From positions 1 to 37,831 of the IMG/VR virus record IMGVR_UViG_3300045988_095268: a stretch of 37,831 nt of DNA; one strand, written 5' to 3'. Source of the stretch: a virus. A program made the translations under genes and the position numbers. Positions 24,535 through 32,401 of this stretch are shown here, in pieces (position 1 is the stretch's first letter; every line of letters begins with the position of its first letter). Under the pieces are notes generated by a model. It was given only the letters and a program-made list of their open reading frames with translations, had not been told where the DNA came from and searched no databases.

Positions 24535-25113
24535 ATGAAAATTGGCTATGTGCGTGTGTCAACGGTCGAGCAGAACGAGGCGCGGCAGGTGGAGGCGCTG
24601 CAAAAACACGATATCGAGCGTTGGTACATTGAGAAGATCAGCGGCAAAAATCTGGATCGCCCCAAGCTGCAGGAGATGCTCGACTTTGCGCGTGAGGGCG
24701 ATACCGTGTATGTGCTCGACTGGTCGCGTATCAGCCGCAGTACGAAGGACCTGCTGGAACTGGTTGATCGGCTCGGCGCGAAGGGCGTGCACCTGTACAG
24801 CCTGAAAGAAAACTTTGACACCTCGACACCGCACGGACGTATGGTGCTGACCATCCTCGGCGCGATCAACGAATTTGAACGAGCAAACATGCTCGAACGT
24901 CAGAGGGAAGGCGTTGCGATTGCCAAGCGCGAGGGCAAGTACAAGGGGAGGAAAAAGACGGAGATTGACGATGTTGCCGGTGCATATCACGCCTGGGTAA
25001 CACGGCACAAGAGCAAGGCAACGATCGCACGGGAAAACGGGATCAGCAGACCAACCTTAGACCGGCTGCTCAAGGAGTACGAGCGGGAGCATATTGCAAA
25101 ATCAAATCTGTAA
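24535..25113 (+). CDS. Small serine recombinase (resolvase/invertase family, 192 aa)
   Basis: MKIGYVRVSTVEQNEARQ (catalytic Ser), DTVYVLDWSRISRS, MVLTILGAINEFERANMLERQREG, and a C-terminal HTH SKATIARENGISRPTLDRLL. The ATG at 24535 sits 10 nt after CAGGAG. Confidence 0.9.
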   Translation: MKIGYVRVSTVEQNEARQVEALQKHDIERWYIEKISGKNLDRPKLQEMLDFAREGDTVYVLDWSRISRSTKDLLELVDRLGAKGVHLYSLKENFDTSTPHGRMVLTILGAINEFERANMLERQREGVAIAKREGKYKGRKKTEIDDVAGAYHAWVTRHKSKATIARENGISRPTLDRLLKEYEREHIAKSNL

Positions 25114-25119
25114 ATCACA

Positions 25120-25161
25120 AGCGCTTGGGCGGGCTGTATGGCTCGCCTGAGCGCTTTTTTT
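25120..25161 (+). terminator. Rho-independent terminator after the small recombinase gene
   Basis: agcgcttgggcg...cgcctgagcgct imperfect hairpin followed by a T7 run. Confidence 0.7.
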
Positions 25162-25248
25162 ACTGCGCGAACAAAGTTGTCCGTTTTGTCCGATTTTCCC
25201 GATTATACTTGTATTCAGCAAAACAAGACACGCGCGGGAGGTGATTGG

Positions 25249-25773
25249 ATGCAGCAGCGAGGTAGTAAGTATGACCAGAAAATCAAAGACGAGGCGCTGG
25301 CACTGATTGCGTCCGGCGTGAAAATCTCCAATGCGTCGGTGCGGCTCGGAATCCCCAAGAGCACGTTATCGGATTGGGTACATACCCAGAACGAGAGCGA
25401 CGAGGACGGTGTGGCTGCACGGCGGGAGATACGCCGCAAGCAGATTGCACGGTGCGAGAAGATCGGGGACAAGGTGCTCCGGGCGCTCGACCGCAAGGCT
25501 GAGGCCGCCGCGAAGGACACCCGGACCATCAATGACGGACTGGCGGTGCTTGAGAAAGCGGCCAAGGACGGCGTGATCGCGCTGAGTGAGGCCGAGGTGG
25601 CAAGTCTCAGAAACGTTGTAAGCGATTACACCGGCGTCGGCCTGCGCGAGCTGGCCGGAACCATGAAGGATGTTGCGGCAAGACAGGAAACGCTGGAGCA
25701 GCACCTCGGCGAGAAGGACGGCACCGGTGTGCAGATCACGTTTGTGGATGGTGCGGAGGAACTGGCAGAATGA
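25249..25773 (+). CDS. terS: Terminase small subunit (174 aa), HTH-containing
   Basis: RBS gggaggtgattggATG. N-terminal HTH ASVRLGIPKSTLSDWV. Its stop overlaps the TerL start (ATGA). Confidence 0.6.
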   Translation: MQQRGSKYDQKIKDEALALIASGVKISNASVRLGIPKSTLSDWVHTQNESDEDGVAARREIRRKQIARCEKIGDKVLRALDRKAEAAAKDTRTINDGLAVLEKAAKDGVIALSEAEVASLRNVVSDYTGVGLRELAGTMKDVAARQETLEQHLGEKDGTGVQITFVDGAEELAE

Positions 25774-27116
25774 ACAGCTTTGTGATTCCGAAACCCTATC
25801 CGAAACAGGTTGAGTTTATGAAAAGCCGGTCGCATTACACGGCTTATGGCGGCTCACGAGGCGGCGGCAAGAGCTTTGTCGCACGACTCAAGGCCAATAT
25901 GCTGTGTTTGAGGTATGACGGCATTCAGATTCTGTTTATGCGCCGGACGTACCCGGAGTTGCGGGAAAACCACATTATTCCGGCTATGCGGGAGCTAAAA
26001 GGTATTGCGGAGTACAAGAGCGCGGACAAGGCGTTTGAGTTTCCAAACGGCTCACGGCTCAAGTTTGGTTACTGCCGGAACGACAGCGATTTACTCCAGT
26101 ACCAAGGACAGGCTTATGACGTTATTTTTCTGGAGGAGTGCACGCTTTTCCCTGAGAACGTTTTTACAACAATGACCGAGAGCAACCGCTCATCCGGTCA
26201 GATGCGGGAGTTCTTCCCGCCGAGAATGTACCTGACTTGCAACCCCGGCGGCGTTGGGCATGCCTGGTTTAAGCGGTTGTTTATCGATCGCGATTATGTC
26301 AAGCAGGAACGATCTGAGGACTACACGTTCATTCAGGCCACGGTCTATGACAATCCGTGGCTTGTCAAAAACTCACCTAACTATGTGCAGTCGCTCGAAA
26401 ATCTGCCCGAGGACCGCAAGCGGGCGATGCTGTACGGCGATTGGGACGTATTCGAGGGACAGTATTTCCCCGAGTTCCGGCGCGAGACGCACGTCTGTGA
26501 GGCTTTTCCGATTCCGGAGCACTGGACGCGGTACAAGGCGCTCGACTACGGCTTTGATATGCTGGCCGTCGGCTGGTTTGCCGTGGATGAGAACGGCACT
26601 GCGTATCTTTACAAGGAATTCTGCGAGGGCAAGGATTTAGGAGAAGGACACGATGGACTTATATTATCTGACGCGGCTAACGCCATCCTGGAGCGCTCGG
26701 ACGAGTTGGAACGCGATGCGATTACCTTTGCACCGCCGGACCTCTGGAACCGGCGGCAGGACACCGGACGCAGCGCGGCAGACCGCTTTGCGGAATGCGG
26801 TGTGTTTATGGAGAAAGCAAAGAACGACCGCGTGCTCGGCTGGCTCGACCTGAAGGAATACCTGAAGGTACGCAAGGACACCGGCAAGCCGAGTTTGATG
26901 ATCTTCTCCAACTGCACGCAGACCATCAAGAGCCTGCCGATGCTGCTGCACGATGAGAAGCACCCGGATGATGTGGCAAACGATCCGCACGAGTACACCC
27001 ACCCGGCGGACATGCTGCGGTACTTTGTGGCCGGCCGCCCGATCGCGGCGAGTGAGCCGAAGGAGTTTAACGAACTGACTACCGAGGAGGAAATGGGAAA
27101 TGTATTTAGCTATTAG
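25770..27116 (+). CDS. terL: Terminase large subunit (448 aa)
   Basis: Walker A YGGSRGGGKSF, Walker B-like YDVIFLEECT, and a C-terminal nuclease region with acidic motifs (ALDYGFD; DDVANDPHEY). Confidence 0.9.
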   Translation: MNSFVIPKPYPKQVEFMKSRSHYTAYGGSRGGGKSFVARLKANMLCLRYDGIQILFMRRTYPELRENHIIPAMRELKGIAEYKSADKAFEFPNGSRLKFGYCRNDSDLLQYQGQAYDVIFLEECTLFPENVFTTMTESNRSSGQMREFFPPRMYLTCNPGGVGHAWFKRLFIDRDYVKQERSEDYTFIQATVYDNPWLVKNSPNYVQSLENLPEDRKRAMLYGDWDVFEGQYFPEFRRETHVCEAFPIPEHWTRYKALDYGFDMLAVGWFAVDENGTAYLYKEFCEGKDLGEGHDGLILSDAANAILERSDELERDAITFAPPDLWNRRQDTGRSAADRFAECGVFMEKAKNDRVLGWLDLKEYLKVRKDTGKPSLMIFSNCTQTIKSLPMLLHDEKHPDDVANDPHEYTHPADMLRYFVAGRPIAASEPKEFNELTTEEEMGNVFSY

Positions 27117-27660
27117 CGCCGTTGCGGCGATGTGTGCTTTTCTGGCGGCTGTGCAGACCCGAAACGCCAAGCGCTTGGGCGAGGATTTGCGGCAAAAGAC
27201 CGTGGAAGCGGAATCCTTTCAGCTGACTGCGCGGACGATGGAGGAACGCTTGCACACCGAGGAGGCGGCGCGCGCTCAGCTTGCGGACCGCATTACCAAG
27301 GTGGAGACCGCCCTGCGGGAGAGTGAGGACACGGCCTGCCGGTTGCGGCAGGAGCTGCAGACCGGACGCAAAGCTGCGAAGGAGCTGCAGGAAGAACTCG
27401 ACTCCACCAAGGATGCACACGACGCGGCAATCAGCGCGATGTGGAGCGCTCGCAACGAGGTTGATAATCTCAAGCAGGAGCGCCGCAAGCTGAATGAGGC
27501 GCTCATCACCGAGCGGGAGACCGCAGAGCGCTGGAAAGAGGAATTTCTCAAGGAACAGGCGTACCGCCTGAGCACCGAGGGCCGCATTATGCGTGAAGTC
27601 AACAATCTACTCCGTTATGACGGCACCGCCCACGGGCAGGAGGAATTAAGCGATGAATGA
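27100..27660 (+). CDS. N-terminally membrane-anchored long coiled-coil protein (186 aa) between TerL and portal
   Basis: TM segment MYLAISAVAAMCAFLAAV followed by continuous charged heptad-like sequence. Overlaps TerL by 17 nt and the portal gene by 8 nt. Confidence 0.6.
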   Translation: MYLAISAVAAMCAFLAAVQTRNAKRLGEDLRQKTVEAESFQLTARTMEERLHTEEAARAQLADRITKVETALRESEDTACRLRQELQTGRKAAKELQEELDSTKDAHDAAISAMWSARNEVDNLKQERRKLNEALITERETAERWKEEFLKEQAYRLSTEGRIMREVNNLLRYDGTAHGQEELSDE

Positions 27661-29248
27661 GCAGAAAATCACGCTCACGGCTGACAGGGTGCAAGCCGAG
27701 TACGAAAAAGGTGTGCAGTACAACACCGGTATCGGGCTGTACGAGAACGTAAAACAGTGCGAGAACTTTGTGGAAGGGAAGCAGTGGGAAGGACTCAAGA
27801 GCAAGAACCTGCGTCCGATCACGATGAACGTGCTCGACCCGATCGTGCATTACAAGGTTGCGCAGATCGTTTCCAATGACGTTGATCAGGAGGTTGAGCC
27901 TTTCCTTCCGGATGAGCAGGCCGAGTATGCGGCGAAAATCCTTGAGCAGAGCATTGACCGCGTGGTGGAGCGCACCAAGCTGAAAAGTAAGCACCACATG
28001 GTGCTGCGCGACGCCTGCGTGGATGGTGACGCGGCGCTGTATTTCTACTTTGATGCAAGCAAGCAGTCCGGTTTTGGCGGGGTGCAGGGCGAAATCTGCG
28101 CCGAGCAGGTGATGAACACGAACATTCTGTTCGGCAATCCGAGCAATTCCAACGTGCAGGAGCAGCCGTACCTTATCATTGTGCGTCGCCGGCCGGTATC
28201 TGAAATCCGCAAGGACGCGAAGCGGCTCGGCTGCAAGGAATGGGAGACCATTGAGGGCGAGTCCGACGGCCTGTACAAGGGTGATGATGAGCAGAACAAT
28301 AGCGACAGTCTCGGCAATGAGCTTGTGCGGTTTTGGAAATCCGAAGACGGCCGCGTGCACTACTGCCGCTCCTGCGGGCGTGTGATGATCGAGCAGGATG
28401 TGGCGACGGAAATGACACTCTATCCCGTCGCGTACATGAGCTGGAAGCCGCGGAAGAACTGCTATCACGGCGTGATGGAGATCAAACCGCTCATCAACAC
28501 GCAGATTGAGATCAACAAGCAGTGGACGGCGCTTGCGCTCATGCTGCGGAATAATGCTATACCGAAATTGGTATACAACCTCAATAAGTTCCCCAAGGGC
28601 TGGGATCCGGATGCGACTTCTATCGGCGTGACCGGCGACGTGAAGGACGCGCTGACCGGCGTTGCGGGCTCGATGCCCATTCCCACTGAGGCAACCGGTA
28701 TTACGTCCACCATGACGGACGCGCTCAAGAGTGTTTCCGGTGCCAATGACGCGGCGCTCGGCAACGTCAAGAATCCGGAGAACAGCAGTGCAATCGTAGC
28801 GGTGCAGACCGCGAACGCTGCGCCGCTTGCGCTGACCAAGATCGCATATTACCAGTTTGTCGAGGACTACGAGCGGGTGCTCATCGACATGATGCATGCC
28901 TATTACGGTATGCGTCAGGTCAAGATCACGGACGAGGCGACAGACCCGGAAACCGGTGACACGCAGGAGCAGACCCGCGTGGAGATGTTCGACTTCGGCA
29001 CTCTCTCGGTCGAGGCCCTCGACCTAAACATCCATATCGGCGAGGCGAGCTACTGGAGCCGCATTTTGCAGATCTCGACGCTCAACAACCTGCAGACGGC
29101 GGGTGTTATGCCCAATATGGTTGAGTTCCTCAGCCGCATGCCGGAAGGCTCGGTTAAGGATCAGGAAGGTTTGGTCGAGGCTGCAAAGAGAGTGCAGCAG
29201 CAGGCCAGCATGCAGCAGGCATTACAGGGAGGTTTAACGAATGGATAA
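27653..29248 (+). CDS. Portal protein (531 aa)
   Basis: Supported by size, position after the terminase, and the N-terminal NFVEGKQWEG motif seen in podovirus-type head-tail connectors. The 432-aa antisense ORF is judged spurious. Confidence 0.75.
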   Translation: MNEQKITLTADRVQAEYEKGVQYNTGIGLYENVKQCENFVEGKQWEGLKSKNLRPITMNVLDPIVHYKVAQIVSNDVDQEVEPFLPDEQAEYAAKILEQSIDRVVERTKLKSKHHMVLRDACVDGDAALYFYFDASKQSGFGGVQGEICAEQVMNTNILFGNPSNSNVQEQPYLIIVRRRPVSEIRKDAKRLGCKEWETIEGESDGLYKGDDEQNNSDSLGNELVRFWKSEDGRVHYCRSCGRVMIEQDVATEMTLYPVAYMSWKPRKNCYHGVMEIKPLINTQIEINKQWTALALMLRNNAIPKLVYNLNKFPKGWDPDATSIGVTGDVKDALTGVAGSMPIPTEATGITSTMTDALKSVSGANDAALGNVKNPENSSAIVAVQTANAAPLALTKIAYYQFVEDYERVLIDMMHAYYGMRQVKITDEATDPETGDTQEQTRVEMFDFGTLSVEALDLNIHIGEASYWSRILQISTLNNLQTAGVMPNMVEFLSRMPEGSVKDQEGLVEAAKRVQQQASMQQALQGGLTNG

Positions 29249-29477
29249 CACGAATGAGAGCAAGGCGGAACGCTTTGTAAGACTGGCAGAGCCGCGCGTT
29301 TCCCGCGCGTGCAAGGCAATTAGTCTGATCGGCAATTTTGCTACGGGTGACTATGAGTTCACTGAGCAGCAGGTCGCTGCGATGTTTGCGGCGATGCAGG
29401 AGGAACTGGACGCGCAGAGAGCGAAGTTTAAGAAGGGCTCGGAGCGAAAGTTCCGGTTTGATGGAGGGACACGATGA
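29241..29477 (+). CDS. Small hypothetical head-module protein (78 aa)
   Basis: Overlaps the portal stop and is coupled to the next ORF (ATGA). No motif recognised. Confidence 0.5.
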   Translation: MDNTNESKAERFVRLAEPRVSRACKAISLIGNFATGDYEFTEQQVAAMFAAMQEELDAQRAKFKKGSERKFRFDGGTR

Positions 29478-29815
29478 AAGTTTTTGAAGATTTACGGCTT
29501 TCCGATGTGACGGAGCTGGCGACGAGTGCAGATTATAGAGATCGCTTTCTCGGAGAATACCTGGAAACGAAGATCCGCTATGAAAAACTGCATAAAATGC
29601 TGATCAAAGCAGAAGCCGGCAAGCTGGACTTCACGCCGACGTGCCCGATCGGCCTCTTGGAGTCGCAGGCGCGCTGCATGGGAAATTATCTTCATGCGCT
29701 CGAAGTTCGTGCTCAGTACGAGAACCTTGATCTGACTTTCCTTATCAAGTCTGCACTGACAGATTTAGAGAGAGCCGAAAGCGACTGCCCGACAGTATGC
29801 TGTTCGACTGACTGA
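29474..29815 (+). CDS. Hypothetical helical protein (113 aa), possibly of the crAss001_48/SaV-like small phage protein type
   Basis: The pattern DRFLGEYLETKIRYEKLHKML...LLESQARCMGNYLHALEVRA resembles that family. The assignment is weak. Confidence 0.4.
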   Translation: MKVFEDLRLSDVTELATSADYRDRFLGEYLETKIRYEKLHKMLIKAEAGKLDFTPTCPIGLLESQARCMGNYLHALEVRAQYENLDLTFLIKSALTDLERAESDCPTVCCSTD

Positions 29816-29823
29816 CAGCATTT

Positions 29824-30221
29824 CCGGCGTTCAGCCTAACGGAACGCTGCATTCCTGAACGTGGTGCTTCATCACGCAAGGGTTCACCCGCCGATTTGGC
29901 GGGTGACAGCGGATCCGCAGCTATTCATGCGGCGTTAGGCTGAACGCCGGAGCAAACAAAAGAATATTTCCGGCGTTCGGACGGGCGGGAGCTGACCTCA
30001 CCCGCCCCATTGATTCCCCTTATTTCTTTCTGATGGCGGGCACCCTCGTTCGGGTCGAGGGCGTCCGTCCGAGCGCCGGAATACGATATTTTCCTGCACT
30101 GCGGCGGGCGTGGGATTCTCGCCATATTATCCCGCGTCCGGGTTACGCATTCCCCGTGCGTGCAAGGATACAAGCGGGTGCAGTACCAGCGGAACGGTGC
30201 TGCGTCCGCCGGAGTGCAGGA
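29824..30221 (+). ncRNA. Candidate large structured noncoding RNA (or structured DNA element). Three tandem ~115-130-nt modules, each closed by a 16-18-bp stem.
   Basis: Closing stems: 29824-29841 pairs with 29933-29950 (18/18). 29968-29984 pairs with 30065-30081 (17 bp, one G-U). 30092-30107 pairs with 30206-30221 (15/16). Internal hairpins: 29885-29907 (tcacccgcc/ggcgggtga), 29985-30005, 30043-30061, 30145-30161, 30180-30203. There is no credible ORF in the 466-nt gap. The strand is assumed from the surrounding late operon. Confidence 0.45.
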
Positions 30222-30281
30222 ACACACGATAAACACACGGCAATGAGACTCAAGTCTTTTGCATATAGGAGGATTGTCTAA

Positions 30282-31274
30282 ATGGATTGGAAAACCAGCA
30301 ATCATATGGACGGAAGCGAGATCCGTGACAGTATCGGTTTACAGTATTTTGCCGAGGACGGCAATACATCCGACACCGGCGCGGACATGGACGGTTTTAA
30401 CGGCGACGATTTCCTTGCGGCGCTTGAAGGCAATGACGATCTGGAAAACCAGCAGACCGCCGCCGAGGGTGCAGAGGAGACCGTGCAGGACGGTGCGGAA
30501 AACCAGCGCGCCGAAGAGCAGCAGGAAGAACCGGAGAATCAGCCGCCAGAGGGCGGCGAAGTACCGCCGGAAACGGCAGAACAGCCGGTACAGACCGTGC
30601 CCCTCGTCTACAACGGACAGCAGATCCTGCTGCCGGCAGACGCAGTGCAGGCCCTGACCGGTGCACTCGGCGCGAACCCGGTCGAACTGCTCCAGAAGGG
30701 CATGAATTATGACCGCAAGGCCGAGCGAGAAATGCGCGTACTGGATCAGTACGCCGAGGCCGCTGGCATGAACCGGCAGCAGTACCTTGAACAGCTGGAG
30801 GGCGCACGCAATGAGCAGCTGCTTTCGGCAGAAATTGAGAAGTGTCGCGCAGAGTTTCCGGAAACCCCGGATGCGGCGCTTAAAGCAATCGCCGAGGGCC
30901 GCATGGCTTCCCAGCGTGCAGCCGCGGCACAGGCCGCCGAACAGCAGCGCGCACAGCTTACCGCCATGCAGCAGCGCATTGATCAGACTGTTGAACAGGC
31001 ACGAGAAGAAGCCGATGCACGCGCGTGGGAAGAATATGTTTCACTCTCTGGCGTGAAAAGTTTCGAGGAAGTGCCAAAACGCGTGCTTGAATTGGTGCAG
31101 CAGGAAGCTATGACGCCCGTTGCCGCGCACTGGCGCTATCAGGCTGAACAGAATGCACAGGCTGTGCAGATCGAAAAGAAGAACAACCAGAACAAAATGA
31201 CAAGCCCGGGAAGTGTGCAGGGCAATAAGGGCGACACGAGCGACCCGTTCCTGCGCGGCTTGCTGGGACTGTAA
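30282..31274 (+). CDS. Scaffolding protein (330 aa)
   Basis: Very acidic N-terminus, Ala/Gln/Glu-rich helical body, position immediately upstream of the major capsid gene. RBS ataggaggattgtctaaATG. Confidence 0.65.
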   Translation: MDWKTSNHMDGSEIRDSIGLQYFAEDGNTSDTGADMDGFNGDDFLAALEGNDDLENQQTAAEGAEETVQDGAENQRAEEQQEEPENQPPEGGEVPPETAEQPVQTVPLVYNGQQILLPADAVQALTGALGANPVELLQKGMNYDRKAEREMRVLDQYAEAAGMNRQQYLEQLEGARNEQLLSAEIEKCRAEFPETPDAALKAIAEGRMASQRAAAAQAAEQQRAQLTAMQQRIDQTVEQAREEADARAWEEYVSLSGVKSFEEVPKRVLELVQQEAMTPVAAHWRYQAEQNAQAVQIEKKNNQNKMTSPGSVQGNKGDTSDPFLRGLLGL

Positions 31275-31292
31275 AAGGAGTGACAATATAAT

Positions 31293-32348
31293 ATGCCTAT
31301 TTACCTTACTGAGCAGTATTCAAAAGCTGTAGAAAAGCTGTATACCCATACCTCGTTCCTGCGTCCGCACTGCAAGGCGCACGTTGACATGATCGGCAAG
31401 AAAACCTGCAAGGTTTACCAGATCCTCACCAGCGAGCTGAACGACTACAAGCGAGAGGGCAAGGACCGCTACGGCGTGCCGAATGATGTACAGGACATCG
31501 TACACGAGTACACCATCACGCAGGACAAGTCGTTTACCGCCACCGTAGACAAGGGCGACGGCTCTCAGCAGGCTATCAGCAACAAGGCCGGCCAGTATCT
31601 GCGCCAGCAGATCTCCGAGAAGTGCGTGCCGTACGGCGACAAATACGGTTTCAGCCGCATTGCACGATTCGGCCATATTCAGGGTGTTGCTGCTGCACCG
31701 ACCAAGAGCGACATTATCTCGACCGTCTATGATGCTGCCGCCTATATGGACAATCACTATGTACCGGATGATGGCCGTATCCTTTTTGTCCGCGTGAGTG
31801 ACTACAAGAAGATCATCCTCTCGGACGAGTGGGTCAAGCTGGACAATCTGGCGGGCAAGCAGCTGCCTACCGGCGTTGTCGGTCAGGTTGCGGGCTTTAC
31901 TGTTGTAAAGGTTCCCGACCGACTGTTCCCGACCGACGTTTATCTGATGGCAATTCACGAGCAGGCGCTTGCGTTCCCGTATACCATTGACGATACCAAA
32001 ATCCACATCGATCCCCCCGGCACTTCCGGTTCTCTGGTTGAGGGCCGTCAGATTTTCGATCTGTTCGTGCTTTCCAGCCGTGCGGATTCGGTTGTCGTTG
32101 TGGCTAAGGCGGCAAGCCAGCAGGCGTGCACCGTAGCGATCGCTTCGCACAGTGCGACCGTTACGGCGGCAGATGCGGACGAAATCTGGTACACGCTGGA
32201 CGGCTCGGACCCGCGCTTCTCCGCAAATCGCATGCTGGTCGCAAGCGGCGGCACGGTTGCAACGACCGCAGGCCAGACCATCCGCGTGGTTGCGTTCGGC
32301 AAGGCCGGCAAGCTGACTTCGAATGTGGCTGAGGCTACGGATAAGTAA
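31293..32348 (+). CDS. Major capsid protein (351 aa), HK97-fold N4-gp56-like type, with a C-terminal Ig-like extension
   Basis: Follows the scaffold gene, has a strong RBS (aaaaggag) and is followed by a strong terminator. The overall pattern resembles the N4-gp56 capsid family. The tail CTVAIASHSATVTAADADEIWYTLDGSDPRFS...IRVVAFGKAGKLTS resembles chitobiase-C/Fn3-associated Ig-like domains. Confidence 0.7.
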   Translation: MPIYLTEQYSKAVEKLYTHTSFLRPHCKAHVDMIGKKTCKVYQILTSELNDYKREGKDRYGVPNDVQDIVHEYTITQDKSFTATVDKGDGSQQAISNKAGQYLRQQISEKCVPYGDKYGFSRIARFGHIQGVAAAPTKSDIISTVYDAAAYMDNHYVPDDGRILFVRVSDYKKIILSDEWVKLDNLAGKQLPTGVVGQVAGFTVVKVPDRLFPTDVYLMAIHEQALAFPYTIDDTKIHIDPPGTSGSLVEGRQIFDLFVLSSRADSVVVVAKAASQQACTVAIASHSATVTAADADEIWYTLDGSDPRFSANRMLVASGGTVATTAGQTIRVVAFGKAGKLTSNVAEATDK

Positions 32349-32356
32349 AGACCCAG

Positions 32357-32388
32357 GAGGGCGGGCGGCTGCCCGCCCTCTGTTTGTT
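32357..32388 (+). terminator. Strong hairpin terminator/attenuator after the capsid gene
   Basis: gagggcgggc-ggct-gcccgccctc forms a 10-bp GC stem followed by tgtttgtt. Confidence 0.8.
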
Positions 32389-32401
32389 AGGAGGTGAGAG
32401 C

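Noticed and set aside
27599-28897. A 432-aa minus-strand ORF opposite the portal gene.
   Set aside because: Same reasoning: it is antisense to a well-supported portal ORF, has no RBS and shows junk-like composition.
30041-30081. A tRNA-like T-arm: ccctcg-ttcgggt-cgaggg, with a 7-nt loop starting TTCG.
   Set aside because: The flanks show no acceptor, D or anticodon arms. Loop position 58 is G rather than A, and the hairpin is embedded in the larger module 2 stem structure.
29925-30305. ORFs inside the structured gap: 126 aa on the minus strand (29925..30305) and 82 aa on the plus strand (30033..30281).
   Set aside because: They are Arg/Pro/Cys-rich, lack an RBS, and are cut through by the long palindromic stems. 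The region is better explained as noncoding structure.
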